Of a stretch of DNA of 64,000 bases, positions 1-14,108 are shown in pieces. Under the pieces are notes generated by a model, which was not told where the DNA came from, ran no database searches, and saw nothing but the letters and a program-made list of their open reading frames with translations. Source of the DNA: Nymphaea colorata (taxonomy: Eukaryota); contig NC_045138.2 of the NCBI RefSeq assembly GCF_008831285.2, forward strand, positions 39,928,001 through 39,992,000, in the 5' to 3' direction. The translations under genes and the position numbers were made by a program. The first letter of the stretch is position 1. Each line of letters begins with the position of its first letter.

Positions 1-1089
1 CTCTCCCATTGCTCCCCCCTCCTTCCGCGGGCAACGGCCGTCCTCCTGCTGCACACAGCACGCTGCTTCCGGTGGAGCATCTCCTGTGATCGGCGCTGTT
101 CTACGTCATCCTGCTGAAAGGTACTCTCTCTCTCTGCTGCTGGAAAACGGGAGCCCCCTTTTCCGATGTGAACCTCTGGCTGCAGATCTACTCTCTCCCC
201 CTCTCTCTGCTGTGGAGATCGGAGCCTTTTTTTTCCAATGTGAATCTCTGGCAGCAGATCTCTCTCTCTCTCTCTCTCTTTCTCTGTATCTATCTATTTA
301 TCTACCTATCTGTGCTGCCTGTGAAAGGGTAAGATCCCTCTTTCCCACTACAGATCTGAATCCCTCTTTACGGAAACAGATCTAGATCTCTTTGCAATTG
401 CAGTACTTAAACGTTCACGGCAGCTTCCATATGTCTGCCCTTACTTTTAATTTATGGCAGTTCGGTCTCAAAACTGATTTCTGTGTAAGAAAGATGAAAC
501 TGCTAGAAGAGGTGTTTGGTTGTTCGGGGCTAGTAGCTATTGGCGCATTCTCCGTTTGTTTATCTGGTGGAAAGCGTTCTTTGGGTTTCGGATCTGTTGG
601 AATGTGATTTTTTCCCATCCATGACTGAATTTCAGATACTTCTCTAGTTATTTCATTTGGAAGCCTTTGTCTTTTGTGGGATTCAACCTTCTATGAATCT
701 TGGTTAACCTTTGATTCATCTTAGCAATCTTTTCTCCGTTGAAGGGGACATGTTGCATCCTTTGTCACAATAAGGCAGTTAATATCTTTCCATAAGGCTC
801 TACCTTCTGCAAAAGTTTAAACCTTAGGACAGGACTTCTTTCAGGGAAGCCCATAAGGTTGTTAATGGTGATGAAAATTTCATCTCTTGATGCTAAAGAA
901 ATCAATGCTCTGTTACTGATCCAGTCATTGATTGTCGACTGGCCAAGATATTGTTTTAAGAGCTTATGACCCATCTCTTGACTTTTTGCTTATTATCTAT
1001 ATATTTCTTTCTCCAGGTTCACAAGCTACAGCTCTTGATTCGGAGCATCTCATACATATTACAGCCTTTTCCTATTGCAACGCTTCACA

Positions 1090-2138
1090 ATGGTTTCTTC
1101 CTTGTTTCCTTTGTGCAATTTCCATTGTTTTTATCTGCTACATTCTTTATTTACATGATTAGTGGAAGTTTAGACCATCTCAGTGGTCGTGTACAATTTT
1201 CTCTGATTGATCTGGCTTCCATGTCAATCTACTGTAGAGTTTCTAATAATATGAACCCATTTCTTGACAGGTGGTTCTTGCAGCTTCTATTATCAACAAG
1301 TCTGGTAAAGGTGAGCTGCATTTCTATGAACTACATTAGTACATCGAGGTTCTGCAAGAAAGACTCGTTTGTACATTTAAAACCTCCTCATATGCACAAA
1401 AATGTTTGCAAAAATTGTTACTGGGGTTGCATAAAATATGTAAAATTTTGTTTTCTGCACCTCCTATGAATATTTACATCTTTCATACATGGTATCCATT
1501 TTGAGTTTCCTCTTTCTCCTTTACTTTTCTCACATTTCATTCAGATCACTTATATATGGTTATGTCTATTTTCAGCATTAGTTTCAAGGCAGTTTGTGGA
1601 AATGTCACGCATCAGGATAGAGGGACTGCTAGCTGCATTTCCTAAGTTAGTTGGTATAGGAAAACAACACACTTATGTTGAAACGGAAAATGTGCGCTAC
1701 GTGTACCAACCAATGGAAACTTTGTATCTGCTTCTTGTCACAAACAAACAGAGCAATATACTTGAGGATCTGGAGACATTGAGGCTCCTGTCCAAGCTGG
1801 TATTCAACTAAACCTTTTGCAGCCATTTCATATTTTAGTTGATTTTGTTTGGGTCTATGGAATCTACTTTTGATGAAGTGGAAGGTGTTTATCTTCATTA
1901 GTGAACTTGTTTTGATATGTTTTATTGCTCCTTGTAGCTACTCCCTGTTGTAAAGGCAGAATTCAGTTAATATTTTAACCACACTATAGTAATTCTGAAT
2001 GTGATGGTTTTGAACATTCTAAAACTGAAGTGTGATGAGATATAAGCTTTTAGCTAATTGTGTTTCCTGTCCTTTTTTTTGTGTGTTTTCAGGTTTTCTT
2101 GAAATTTTCATTGAATTTCATGTGTCTCCACACTCACT

Positions 2139-2173
<35 letters not shown>

Positions 2174-5100
2174 GTGTGTGTGTGTACATATGTATGTATA
2201 TATGATTTTATTATCCTTTTTCTCTTTTGTGTGTCTGTTGTTGTATTATCTCCTTCTGATAGCTGCATATTGCCAAATCTTGCACAGGTTCCTGAATATT
2301 CCCCTTCACTTGATGAAGAAGGCGTTTGCAGGATGGCTTTTGAGTTGATTTTTGCTTTTGATGAAGTAATATCTCTTGGTCACAAGGAAAGTGTAACTGT
2401 TGCACAAGTCAAGCAGTACTGTGAAATGGAGAGCCATGAAGAGAGGCTTCACAAGCTAGTTATGCAGAGCAAGATAAATGAAACCAAGGATGTTATGAAG
2501 AGAAAAGCTAGCGAAATTGACAAGAGCAAGGTTTATATTCTTATTTTGTAAGTCCTAATTGTTCTGCTGGCTTCTGATAACCTTTCTCCTGATGTGTATG
2601 TGCACCTGTTCTCCTTTTTCTCTTTTCTCTCTCTCTTCAGATGGAGAAGAATAGAGGGGAAAAAGGTGGTTTCATGTCTCTGCCATTGTCTGGTTCGACT
2701 AGAATTGAGAGTAGCTTCAACGATATGAGCATATCAGGTGGCAGCGGTGGGGGATTTGGCAGTGGATCTGGATTTGGATTTGACACTGATATCGAGCCAA
2801 CTAAATCAAAAGGTTCTTCCTTGGCTTATTCTGCCAGAACAGTGATATTACTTCCCAGATAATTTTGTAGTTTTGAAAAAATTAATGATGAATATTGTTG
2901 AATTCTGAATCTGTCAGAGTTGCTTTTAAAATTTGCTGCTGCTGTTTGGTTCACTAACCTTGCATTATTTTGGTGTCACTAATTATGCGAAAATCTAGTC
3001 ACATATTGTTCATATTGCCAGGTCGGCCAACTTCTTCTGCCACAGCTCCCCCTAAAGGTCTTGGAATGCAGCTAGGAAAAACACAGAAAACTAATCAGTT
3101 CTTGGAGTCTCTGAAGGCGGAAGGTGAAGTAATTCTTGAAGATGTGAAACCCATCCCAGGACAGTCAAGAGCGCCTGCTCCCATACCATCTGATCCCATC
3201 ACGTTGACTGTAGAAGAAAAAATTAATGTGACTCTAAAACGTGATGGTGGATTGAGTAACTTTGATGTCCAAGGGACTCTTTCACTGCAAATACTGAACA
3301 AGGAAGATGGTTTCATTCAAGTCCAGGTGGTGTACTTCTTCTAGTATGGGAAAATAGATATGATTTTCCAGGTTTTCAGTTTAGTTTCTATCTTTTGAGG
3401 AGTCAGCTTTCCAAGATTCTGCCATATTGGCAGGCCATTGCAAATTTTCTCTCTTTCTATAAACTGTTGGCATGAAGGTTATGAAAATAGACAGTATAGT
3501 TGGTCGGCACAGGTTTTTTATATTTTCATTGATTGATTTTCCCTCATGGGTGTTTCTGGATTCTCAATTATTTCTTTAAAATATTTGGAAAAAAAATGTT
3601 GACCGCAGATGTGAACTGATGTGTTTACTATCAGCTACATACTGTAGGAACAAAGTTTACTTTCTGATAATATGTTTAACTGTAATACGTGGAAGTCAAA
3701 TGATCCGTTTCATTGACCTAGCATACAAGTATAATTTCAATTAAGTGCTGAATGCTAGAAATTTGTAAAACATTTAAGAAAAAGGTGTCATTGTAAGTTC
3801 TATTTCTTTTCCTGGATTTTTGAAAATTGTAAATTACTGTGACAATTCTTGATGTTTATGAACAACTACTTCGTTAAGCATCTGAAATCAACTATGTAAT
3901 ATTTATTTGCAACAATTACCAATAGATCTTTTGAGAGAAGGAGCACATATAATATATTTATATTTATGTGAATATTTATGTTTATATTCACGATCATGTA
4001 ATTAACTAGCTAACCAGTATGGAGGTGATCTAAGTTGCCTTGGATTGACAAGTATAATTTACCATGTATTTTTTTTTGTTTGCACATTTGAAGATGCATT
4101 GTCATGATAAGTAATACTGCTGTTTGTTTGGAAAATAGTTCACTTCTTCTAGAGCTTTGCTGCCTGTAAATTCTATGGATCAAAAGATTGTTGTGTTAAT
4201 GCCTAATGGTCACTTTGGCATAGTGTGCAACATGACAGTTTTTATGTGTTGAAATTTTATAATCTAATATAAAGGGTTCTCTGTTGGTAAGTCCAATGCA
4301 ATTTTGACTTGAAACCAATGACAACCATAACTAGGTGGTAGTATGGCGTTTCCTTGCTTTTAGTTCTCATGAATGTCAAGTAAGAGTACCTCAAAGTGTT
4401 ATTCATTTATTCCCTTCCTTTTCAGATTGAAAGTGGATCAAATGCAGGGTTGCAGTTCAAAACTCACCCGAACATCAACAAGGAATTATTTTCTAATGAA
4501 AATATACTAGGCTTGAGGGACCCTAACAGACCTTTCCCTACTGGCCAATCTGGTGAGGCTTCAGGGGTTGGGCTTTTGAAGTGGAGAATGCAAAGTGTTG
4601 ATGAGTCTGCTGTGCCACTCAGCAGTAGGTTCCTGGCTTACCAATTTCTTTTTGTGTGTGTGTGTGTATATTGCAATGTCTTGTCTGAACATGTTTTTTT
4701 ATTCCAGTCAATTGTTGGCCTTCTGTCTCTGGTGGGGAAACATATGTTAGTATTGAGTATGAAGCCTCCTCTATGTTTGATTTGCGGAATGTTGTCATTT
4801 CAATTCCTCTTCCTGCATTGAGGGATCACCCAGAAGTCAAGCAAATTGATGGAGACTGGAGGTCAACTTCTAGCACTAAACATTTCCATTGCCAAGTTGT
4901 TTGTAGAATACTTTGTGGTTGACTGGTTTCTGTTGCTTATTTGACATACTGACAATATTGCAGCCACTGATTCTCTCATGTGCCTGTCATTTCCTCTAGT
5001 AGTAGGAGAGGGAGTATGACCTAATGTCTGATGTTGAACATCGGATTGAATTGTATATGTGCTGAAATGTTTTGTAGCTAAACTATTTCTGGATCTTAAC

Positions 5101-7062
5101 AAAGCTTCATTACTTGGATATATTTCTATATAATGAACTCAAAGGGGCACTGGACAAAAGATTGTTTCTTTTGTTAAAAAGCTGATTCTATATCAGATGC
5201 TATCAACCTTCCTTCTTAATTTTGCCCGTGGTTTTCTTGGTGTTGATGTTGTGTATTTTTTCTCATCTTCTTTTAATCTTGCACTTTTCATGTGTAATTT
5301 CAGAAGTCAGTTTATTTTTTGTTGTCTATGCCTTAAAAGTCAAAGCTGTTGTCAAGCAGATAAAATCGTTTTTTATTATTTCACATCAAGAAATTCAGAT
5401 ATGCATAAGATATTTCTGTTTTTCGTTTGCATGTATATATGTGCCTGTATGGTTGTCCATGTCATTCCATCTGCTGTCACCGTAGTTCTTCTCGAGGCAT
5501 TCCTAGTAGTTGCATTTGATATCCCTTAGAAGCATATGCAACCTTTACAAAATTTCCTGCTTTGGTGTTAATTTATTGGCACAGTCATGGAGATCATGCC
5601 TGTCCAGTTTGATCTACTTAATATGAACTGCAAGTATTATTAAATAAAGGGAGCTTCTATATGGAAAAGTTATTATATTGAGACGAGCTACTAGTCTAAC
5701 ATGCTAGAATACAAGTGTCTAGATGCACTCACATGGACATGTTCGGGTATATGTGATACATCCTCATCATATGCACACCCAACCTAGGTGTCTTTCTTTT
5801 GTACTCGACAGCATGTTTATTGCAAGAAGTATGTCTGGGACCAAGGTTTTGAGTTCCACGCTGCTATTTTTTGTACATTGGCAAGGTAGAAGTCAATCTT
5901 TTGTTCAGCATGTTTTGGGTTTTGCCTTTGTTTTGCTGCATTTCTCAATTTAAGATCTGTATATTTTGCTATTCATATTTTGACCATATAATTCTACTGT
6001 TAGATTGTTCAATAGTACCTATTTGGATGCAGATACGACAGTAGGAGCTCTGTTTTAGAGTGGTCTATCCTTTTGATTGATAACTCAAACAGGAGGTAAG
6101 CAATATTAAGATGTGTTAGAGCAGCCTCATTACTTTCATTTCATAATTCTTATTTGCACATTGCAGTGGATCTATGGAGTTTGTAGTTCCTCCAGCAGAC
6201 TCTTCTGCTTTCTTCCCCATACAAGTTAGGTTCACTGCAGCCAAAACATTCAGCGATGTGAAGGTTAGTTTGTTTAAAATTTTAAATGTAGCCATTTCCC
6301 TTTTTAATGCCTGTCCTAGTTTGCTGCATGCTCTGTAGTTGGTGCTTGGGATAGGACGACCAACACTTTGTGCATGTGTGCATGTTCAGATAAGGAAAAT
6401 GGGAAGGGGAGGTATTGCCTCTGACATGTCTTGTCTTGTAAAGTAATTATGATTTTGAAGTTCATAATGCCGATACTTTGGGCCTCTAATTTTAGATCAA
6501 AGTCAACAGCAGTGGTAAAGCAAGTGGACTAGGCACTAGGCACTTTTATGTTAAGTGCTAGAAAAAAGCTTGTGATTATTCAGTGGCATCGTCAAATGTC
6601 GTAGGGCTTTATCATTGCGTTTGTTTAGTGCTTTGGTTTGTAACATTCTAGCATTTATGGAACTTTTGATCCATGCAATCGTTTTGGTGAGTGATTCTCT
6701 CTCCTAGTTGTAAAGAAATCCAATTCGATGTTTCTTGTACATCTCACTGAACATCATGGACCATAGTTTTGTTCATCCAAGTTTGTTATAGAAAATTGCA
6801 ACTTTGTTCTAGCCAAGTATGAGAAGGTATGGAGAACCCCATGGCCTTGAGTTCAGTCTCGACGTTCCAGTTGATAGACGGTGGATGTGATTTTGTTTTG
6901 TCATTACTACATGATACTTGTGAAAAGTGGCTGACTTCTTAGATGGATGGTTAAAATTTTCCAATTTTGCAGGTTGTTAATGTTTTGCCCCTGAAAGGAG
7001 GTCCTCCTCCAAAGTTTGCCCATCGCACACAGCTCATCACTGAAAATTACCAAGTAATGTGA
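1090..7062 (+). CDS. Coatomer subunit delta (delta-COP), multi-exon. Coding exons approx.: 1090-1092 (ATG), 1271-1310, 1576-1799, 2288-2530, 2641-2812, 3022-3326, 4426-4624, 4708-4861, 6033-6095, 6167-6263, 6973-7062
   Basis: The spliced translation reads [60 protein letters not shown]...[17 protein letters not shown]...[11 protein letters not shown]...[13 protein letters not shown]...INCWPS...GSMEFVVP...TENYQVM*, matching delta-COP longin and mu-homology domains. All introns are GT-AG with consistent phases. The ATG placement (ACAATG|GT at 1090-1094, after an acceptor at 1016) is inferred. Confidence 0.95.
2129..2202. repeat. Compound (CA)n/(TA)n/(TG)n microsatellite in a delta-COP intron
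   Basis: Directly visible dinucleotide runs. Confidence 0.9.
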
Positions 7063-8959
7063 TCTTGATTTTATTGTGTTTGGTTTCCATGTATACATCG
7101 AGCATGACTACCCTCCCTTTGTTGATATTTTTGCTTGCCATGCAATGAAGCAAAAGGGTCTGTATTTTCTTCCTTTTTCCCTTTTTTTTGAGAGTTAAGC
7201 CGAGGACAACACCAAGGAGAAATTCAAAACAATAAAATTTTAAAGTTGTTGCTTGATATAGGTTCTCTAGCTTGACATGGTTCAAATGTTCCTTTTATCC
7301 CAGGATTAAAATCCTGGATTCAGCTGAATAGGGATTTGCATCCCTATTTGTTGTTTTGGTTTTATGTCAGGGTTTCCATTCCACTGTTTGTTGATCGCTT
7401 GGAAAAAAATGTTATATAGACTGTTGGCATGTATAGTATATGGCTGCTGATGAGATTAGCACACCAAACTTGCATCGTCTATGGTGGGCAGAAAATTAAT
7501 CTGCATTTTAACCTGTAACATATAAACCTTGACAAGGCAAGTAACGAGATGATAGCAAAGCAAACCAGCCAAGGGCGTTCAAGCAAGACTATTTGGAGAA
7601 TTACTTTCTCCACAAAAAGATCATGCAAACGCTAACAATGCGTTTCCAATGGTATTATTGGAGCCTCACGGACTCTAAAAAAAAAAAACACCCACACACA
7701 CAAAAATTTACAAACACAACACCAATATCATAAACCAATAGCATTTCCATTTTCTGTTTAATAAAGATCATACAAACCATCAACATTGAACCTTGGGGAG
7801 TTGCATTTACAACTAAGATGGCAAAACTCAAGAACCAAGAATTTCAGAATTAAGTGGCGTCCTAAACGCCATCTTTAGAAAAGCAATGAAGGCCCTAAAA
7901 ATACCATTCGGAGCACCCTGTATAAAGAGAAAAAAAAAGAGAACCTAATTTACCTAGTGCAGCAATATTGTTAACCAATCAATTGCCAATAAGAAACACT
8001 AAACCGAATAAAGTGGAGAAATGATAATTGACACTGACAAGTGACAAACCATCTTTTGATATGTGCTGCTGCTAGAAACGAGCTTCCACGATTCATCTTC
8101 ATTCCCATCCCTTTCTTTTTCTCTTTAACGTTCCAGCAAAGCGAACCGTCGCCGCTGCTCTGCTCGGTCGTCACTGCCGAGTCATCAAGAGATGGCTCAC
8201 GGTTGCTCGTCAGCTCCGCAAACCGAACTCCCAAACTCTGCCCAAATTTACGACTTGCCTGCTGATCGCCCTCTACACCCTGCAGAAACGCCAGGTCGTT
8301 GCCGTTCATATCTACTCATTCCCTGCCATCGAGGCATGGAATCGACCAGACCACATTGCCTGCAGATCCCCAAATGGGGATGAGGAATTGGCGGCCACAT
8401 TGGATGCAAATAAAGCCTGAGATTTAGCAAACAAGAAGTAAGTATCCCTCCGCTTTGCCCAAATCTCCAAAAACTCAGATAACACCCAAAAGCCCAGAAT
8501 CTGTCCTTCATTCTCTGAACTCAATGTGCGTTGGTTTCACCTGCCAATTGAAATGTGATGGAGATGGAAACATGAAACCTATAGAACGCATTGTGGGTCG
8601 CCTCGGTGGATCAATTGAAAGGGGACGATGGCTTCTGCGCAGCTGCCTGAAGCTGTTCATAGGGATGAAGACGAAGAGAGAGGCAAAATTCATACACACG
8701 AGCGCACGAACATGCACGCCTATACATAAATGCATACCTATCAAGCCATGGACCTGTCCTTCTAAGAAGGCATAGTTGGAGTTTACGTATGAGACTCGAG
8801 AATGTGCGTGAAGGAATTTTATGAAAGTTGGGATCTATCCTGAAACTTTTTATGATAGAAGCCTCTAGCTCAACAAAGTCCCACGGTACCGAGCAGATGG
8901 CTTGGGCTTCGCGAGTTAAGAGCGTCCTTGAAGAAGAAAAGTAACCATAATTTTCAAGA

Positions 8960-9720
8960 ATAAAAATGTTGTTGAAGTTGCGGAAGGTAATTAAGAATGA
9001 TGATAGATTACAGAGAAAAGTAATAGTTGTAACTAAAACAATGTTTGCTTGAACGATGAAGTTTCACAAAATTGTCAATCATCGTCCCCTTAAACATTGG
9101 TTAATTTTGGCGCACAAGAAGAGCAGGAAAACTCTGCCTGAATTTGCCAAAACCATATAGGTATTAGGGCCTCACTTAGGATCCCAAGGGAGATATTAGA
9201 TATACACGAAGCGTTGAATATGTGTACATGACCATAGATTCAGAAAGAGAAACCGTATGCAACTGGTCAACCGTTTTAAATAGAGTTGAATGCATGATCA
9301 ATGTCAACCATTCTAAGTAGATCTAAATTATTTGAATTATTAAAATTTAAACGTTCTCCCAAATTTATCCCAACTTATAAGAAATTGATTTTCCATATTT
9401 GAATGAAATTTGACTTGTCAGAGGATTTAGTTTTAGAATATCATAAATACAATGACTCACTAGCTAGCAACAAATGTACATGTGTATAAAAAAAAACTTT
9501 CGTGTAAAACCAGAGGCCGACCTCTATAAAACAAGATAGTCCTAACTCTTGAATCTTTTTCTTCATTGAATGTTCGGTTCTAGAATATTAGAGGCTAAAA
9601 TATCCATATGAATGATACAAACGAGTTGGACGAGCTGAGGATTTCAATAAGGATATGAATACTTGACATCTGATTTAGAATTAAACTGGATTTGAAAAGG
9701 ATTAGATTATGTAGATCGAA
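8960..9720 (+). repeat. Copy A of a ~700-bp dispersed AT-rich repeat (other copies ~30850-31450 and ~46030-46560)
   Basis: Blocks such as TATAAAA..GATAGTCC.A.CTCTTG and TAGAATATTA are shared by all three copies in the same order. AATTGTC.ATCATCG.CCCCT and CAGAGGATTTAG are shared by the 9-kb and 31-kb copies. Confidence 0.8.
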
Positions 9721-10000
9721 CTGAATAGGTTAGGGGGAAGACCCGGAAAGCCACGGAGAAATTGGGAGAGAAGACAACTTCGGCCAGGGTAATAATAGTT
9801 AAGCTTACTCACCTATTTTCTTTTAATTCCCATTTTGAAAATTTCGTGGTAGTTGTTTCGTTTTATTCTCGAGCAGATAATGCATGGAAATGTCGAGATA
9901 ATTTCAAATTCTGGCGACGTTTTTTTCAAATTTGCATGTTGATATTGTACGACAGTATCCCCATGTTTTCAATAAATTGCCTTCCCAAGTTAACTGTAGG

Positions 10001-10330
10001 TAGGGCTGCACATGAGCCGAGTTGAGCCCAGCTTGGCCAGCTCGAGCTCAACTCGACTACACAAAATCGAGCTCGAATTTGACTCGTTTAACTTGTGAAA
10101 ATTTGTTTTTATCCTAAAAGTTAAAACCAGTGAACCGGTTTTGGCAATATTATATAGAGTATTGGTTTGCGAGTCGAGTCGAGTCGAGTTCCTGAAACTC
10201 GAACTCAACTTGTTTATCGTTTTGAGTATCTTTATAAGCTTGTCGTTTATAAGCTAGTCAAGTACGAACCAAGTCTTTCCGAGCGAGTTTGAGCTGAGCC
10301 CAAATTGAATCTGCTCTTTGTGCAGCCCTG
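10001..10330. mobile_element. Non-autonomous hAT-type MITE
   Basis: TIRs TAGGGCTGCACA...TGTGCAGCCCTG; 8-bp TSD ACTGTAGG (9993-10000) / GCTGTAGG (10331-10338); internal TCGAGC/GCTCGA subterminal repeats. Confidence 0.85.
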
Positions 10331-10378
10331 GCTGTAGGTCAGCAGGTTTTGCTGACCAGTGTCTTTGTATTTTGCAAT

Positions 10379-10528
10379 TAGAAGCAGAGCCAAAAAAATT
10401 TCTGACTAAAATTTTAAATATTTAAGTAACACCGATATGTAAATGAAATATCAATATGAAATTAAGCATTTTTAGCCAGTATGGGCAATTGCTCACAAAG
10501 TGCCCACACCAGCCTCAGTCAGCCCCTG
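10379..10528. mobile_element. Degenerate short MITE of the CAGGGGCGGA..TCCGCCCCTG type
   Basis: Ends TAGAAGCAGAGCC...CAGCCCCTG; imperfect 8-bp flanks TTTGCAAT / TGTGCAAC. Confidence 0.4.
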
Positions 10529-10619
10529 TGTGCAACCTTTCCGGGGTTTTTTTTTTTTAATGCATTTGTTTTCCAACGATCAGTCACTTTTATCTAAACA
10601 ACTTCGGAAATTCATATTG

Positions 10620-11250
10620 CAAGAAAAGTAAATGGTAGTGGACCTACACAATGAGGTTGTACATTTATCCAGATATTAGATTTCCAGTTAATTATTAGGT
10701 TGATGGAGCGATATCGCTAGATTTGGCTAACAATGCAATATGTTTCAGAGTATCGCTTTCAGCCATACCTTTGCAAGTTCTCATTATTATTTTTTTTTTC
10801 AAGAAAACTTTCTGGCATTCCTTCAAGTGTATCGCCTCTATATATGTTAGCTTTTCTACTAAACATGAGATTGAGATTGGTTTTGCAAGATAAAACGTTA
10901 TAAGTACCCGTGGGGCAGGCTTTGTGTTATGAGGCAGGGGAAGTTACGGGCACCTGTACACAGTAAAGGAGGGAAGCACATTTTGGTTAATTTATTAAAA
11001 AGAAATGTCTTCCATAATTTTTTTTACTTTTTAACATTTTCAATTTTGTCTTTATAAAAAGTTTTCATTTACGTCGCGGTTCAAAGAACAAAATCTTGTG
11101 AAGGTTTGTATATAAGATATGATCATTGCAAGTCCAATTTGAAGGCCATCAAAAACAAGAAAAATTTAAATTTTCAGTTTTGTAAAAGTTTATATAAACT
11201 TAGATAAGATATGGTTATTGCAAGTTGAATTTGAATGTAATCAAAATCAA
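10620..11250 (+). repeat. Direct repeat, copy 1 (copy 2 at ~19540-19870), with an extra internal segment ~10800-11110
   Basis: TAGTGGACCTA.ACAATGAGGTT, CCAGTTAATTATTAGGTTGATGG, ATGCAATATGTTTCAGAGTATCGC and AATTTGAAGGCCATCAA occur at both sites in the same order. Confidence 0.85.
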
Positions 11251-12127
11251 GAGATAACTATATATAAGAGCCGAAGAAAATGAAGCTCGATGGTGTTGTG
11301 TTTAGCTTTTTTTTCCCAATAGCAGAGAATAACTTTTGACACAGGCAAAGACTTGGTTGTGATAATTGCTAGCTTATGAAGTGAATTAAGCCTCTTAAAT
11401 CCATCATTACTTTTTGAACTGTGAAACTTGTTTTTGAGTGATGTCCTTAATTTGTACCGATATGTCACTAGAAAGAAAGTAATTTCAGGACATAAGGGAG
11501 ATCAAGTTGCATGCACAGGGTGTGCATGCATGTGACAAATATTTATATACACTAAAGAAAAAAGAAGAAAAGTTGGATATTAAAAAAAAAATTATAAAGA
11601 AATTTATATTTTATACTTTTAACATTTTCACAAGCTCTTTTTTGTCTATTTAAAAGTCTTTATTTTTTTTTCTTTACTAGAAATAATTTGGTCATTACAC
11701 ACTCCTGTGCACAGAGAAATACACCTAACTAGTTTCAGACATAGGTGAGGATGATTACACAAGTACAGAAGCGTTCCAAAACTAAAAGGGTTTATTGTCT
11801 TCTTAGAACGCATGTTATTATCAAGAACGCCAAGTTTTTGTTTCAAAAAATATGGTGTAATGACGCATGTTGTCTTTGGATCCAATAATGAGACGTTAAC
11901 GGACATAATAACACTATGTTTATTAAAACAAGAACATAACGTCCGTAGGATACATGTATCGAGAAAGTAGTATTCTTGGTGCCATGTATGTCTTTCAACG
12001 ACTGCCTTATTGCACAGAACCATGCACACAACTGTTACGTATATATGGCAGAACAAGGCCCCTTGTTTGACATATTGTTATTCAAACCAAGAAGGACACC
12101 CACACCTTCCTCACATGATCTTCACTT

Positions 12128-13312
12128 TCAAGAGAAATCGATGGGGTAGACAGGAACCATGTTGGGATAGAAGAGGCCAAAGTGGTTCTCAGTGCCCTGT
12201 GGAGTCTTCTGGTTCTCATTGAACAGTGCAAAGATGTACGTCTCGATGGGCGTCCCTGGCCTCTTGGGCGTCCCTTGTGCCACATGCCTCACCAGGTTCT
12301 GGTTGTAGGTACGGGCGTTCTCGATGGTCGAGAAGCCATCGTTCTCCCCACCGGACGGCCAGCCGCTTTCCGAAACCACGATGCGGACTTGGCCGGCACC
12401 ATACCTTTCCAAGGCGGAGTAGACGGAGTCGACCATGGCGTCGAACAGGTTCCTGTACCTCAGTTGCCCGTCGTACACCACGTCAGAGTTGGCGGTGAAG
12501 AGGGCGTAGGGAAGGTTCTGCCGCATGCCCTTGTAGGTGAAGTAGGGATAGACGTTCAGCATCAGGGGCGCGCCGGTGTCGACGAGAAACTTGACGACGG
12601 GACGCATGAAGGGAGCGGCTCTGTCGGAGAAAGAACCGGCGGATGGAGGGTAGGATGTGCCCATCACCGCCATGTGAACGGCGGTGGTCACCATGATCTT
12701 GCCTTGCAAACCCGCCGAGGATATCGCGTCGTACACGTGACCCATGGCCGGACCGACGTATTGGGCATGCACTTCAGCAGTGGTGCCGAAGACTTCGTTG
12801 CCGACGGTGATGTACCGGAAGTCAACCTCCGGCAGGTAGGCCAGGATGTGCCGCTGGACCCAGTCTTTGGCGAAGTCCAGATCCTCAGCGAGCCTTTTCA
12901 GGTCATCGTTACTCACACCCACGTTAACTTGGATTCCTGTATTCCTCAGAGCATTGAGGACGCCGGCGTCCGGATCATACAGCCTCACCTTTCTAATACC
13001 CTTGGACCGGATGAGTTGGATAGCCTCTGGTGGGGATGGCAGATTGTTGCCGAGCAGCCCGTAGCAAACTCCAACATGTTCATTCCCTACAGCCCGTAAA
13101 GACTCCTTTTAAAGCCATTCAATGTCAGAAAGGGGAAAGCTAATTGATTGACCTGCGGCTCAGGTATGTGCTGATTCAAAGTTAAAGTTATGTAAGGTGA
13201 AATCAGAAATTTTTTATAAAGAAGAAAGCAAATTAAATTTTAACATAGGTCGAAATCATTTTTCAAAATTTTTATACAGGATAAAGAAAAATTTTCTAAA
13301 ACTTACATTTCT

Positions 13313-13353
<41 letters not shown>

Positions 13354-14073
13354 GGGGTGGTGTTAAGACCGATGTAAACCCCCTGACTCCGCCCCTAAAG
13401 GTATGAGAAGAGATATGCATTTGTTTGCCTATAAGTTTGGCTATATGTTTTTGCCCTTACACACGAGTTTATGTATTTATGTGCATGACACGTATCAGGT
13501 TGAAGCAGGGAGAGTTAAGAAATTTTAAAAATTTTAAAAATTTATATATAAATTTTAAAAATTTAAGTTTAACTTATACCAAAAAAATTAAAAAATATAT
13601 TTTAACTCTTGTTAAAAAATATTGAAACCGCTCATGCAACTAAAACTTATGGCTCTGCCAAGACTCAATGAAAGTGGACTAAACAGATATAAATGTCATT
13701 CACTATATGCACAGCAACCCCTTCTCGCCTCTTGGAGTAAGTTTTCTGTGAAGCAGATGTTGAACTTCGTGCAGCCTATAGGGTCAAGATAAAGCAGAAT
13801 GGGTTTTTGTAAACCTTTGCGAAGTTCAATTACACCTGTGAAAAAACAGGATTTTTGAATGGATCAGCCCATTTTAATTAGGATATCAGGACCGTGTTTA
13901 CGTACGTCCTTCATTTTGTCGGAAATATATGTATAAAACTCTTCCATCTCAATTTTTTATATGAATGTTTTAAGCAATGAATCTCCATGCATGAATCTGG
14001 ATACCAAAATTTGGAACAAAACGATAAGAACAAATGGAAAAAGAGGTCATGCATGATCCTAAATGTCATATAA

Positions 14074-14108
<35 letters not shown>

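Noticed and set aside
86..618. Short ORFs upstream of delta-COP
   Set aside because: This is CT-rich 5'-UTR and leader-intron sequence, and the ORFs show no recognisable motifs.
7971..8775. Cluster of short overlapping ORFs in a GC-richer patch
   Set aside because: No recognisable domain or consistent exon structure; possibly transposon-derived, but I cannot support a call.
12182..13099. 305-aa plus-strand ORF
   Set aside because: It is the antisense shadow of the GC-rich GH17 exon and has no recognisable motifs.
13153..13170. Possible 18-nt micro-exon in the glucanase intron (CAG|CACATACCTGAGCCGCAG|GT on the minus strand)
   Set aside because: In the required phase it contains a TGA stop.
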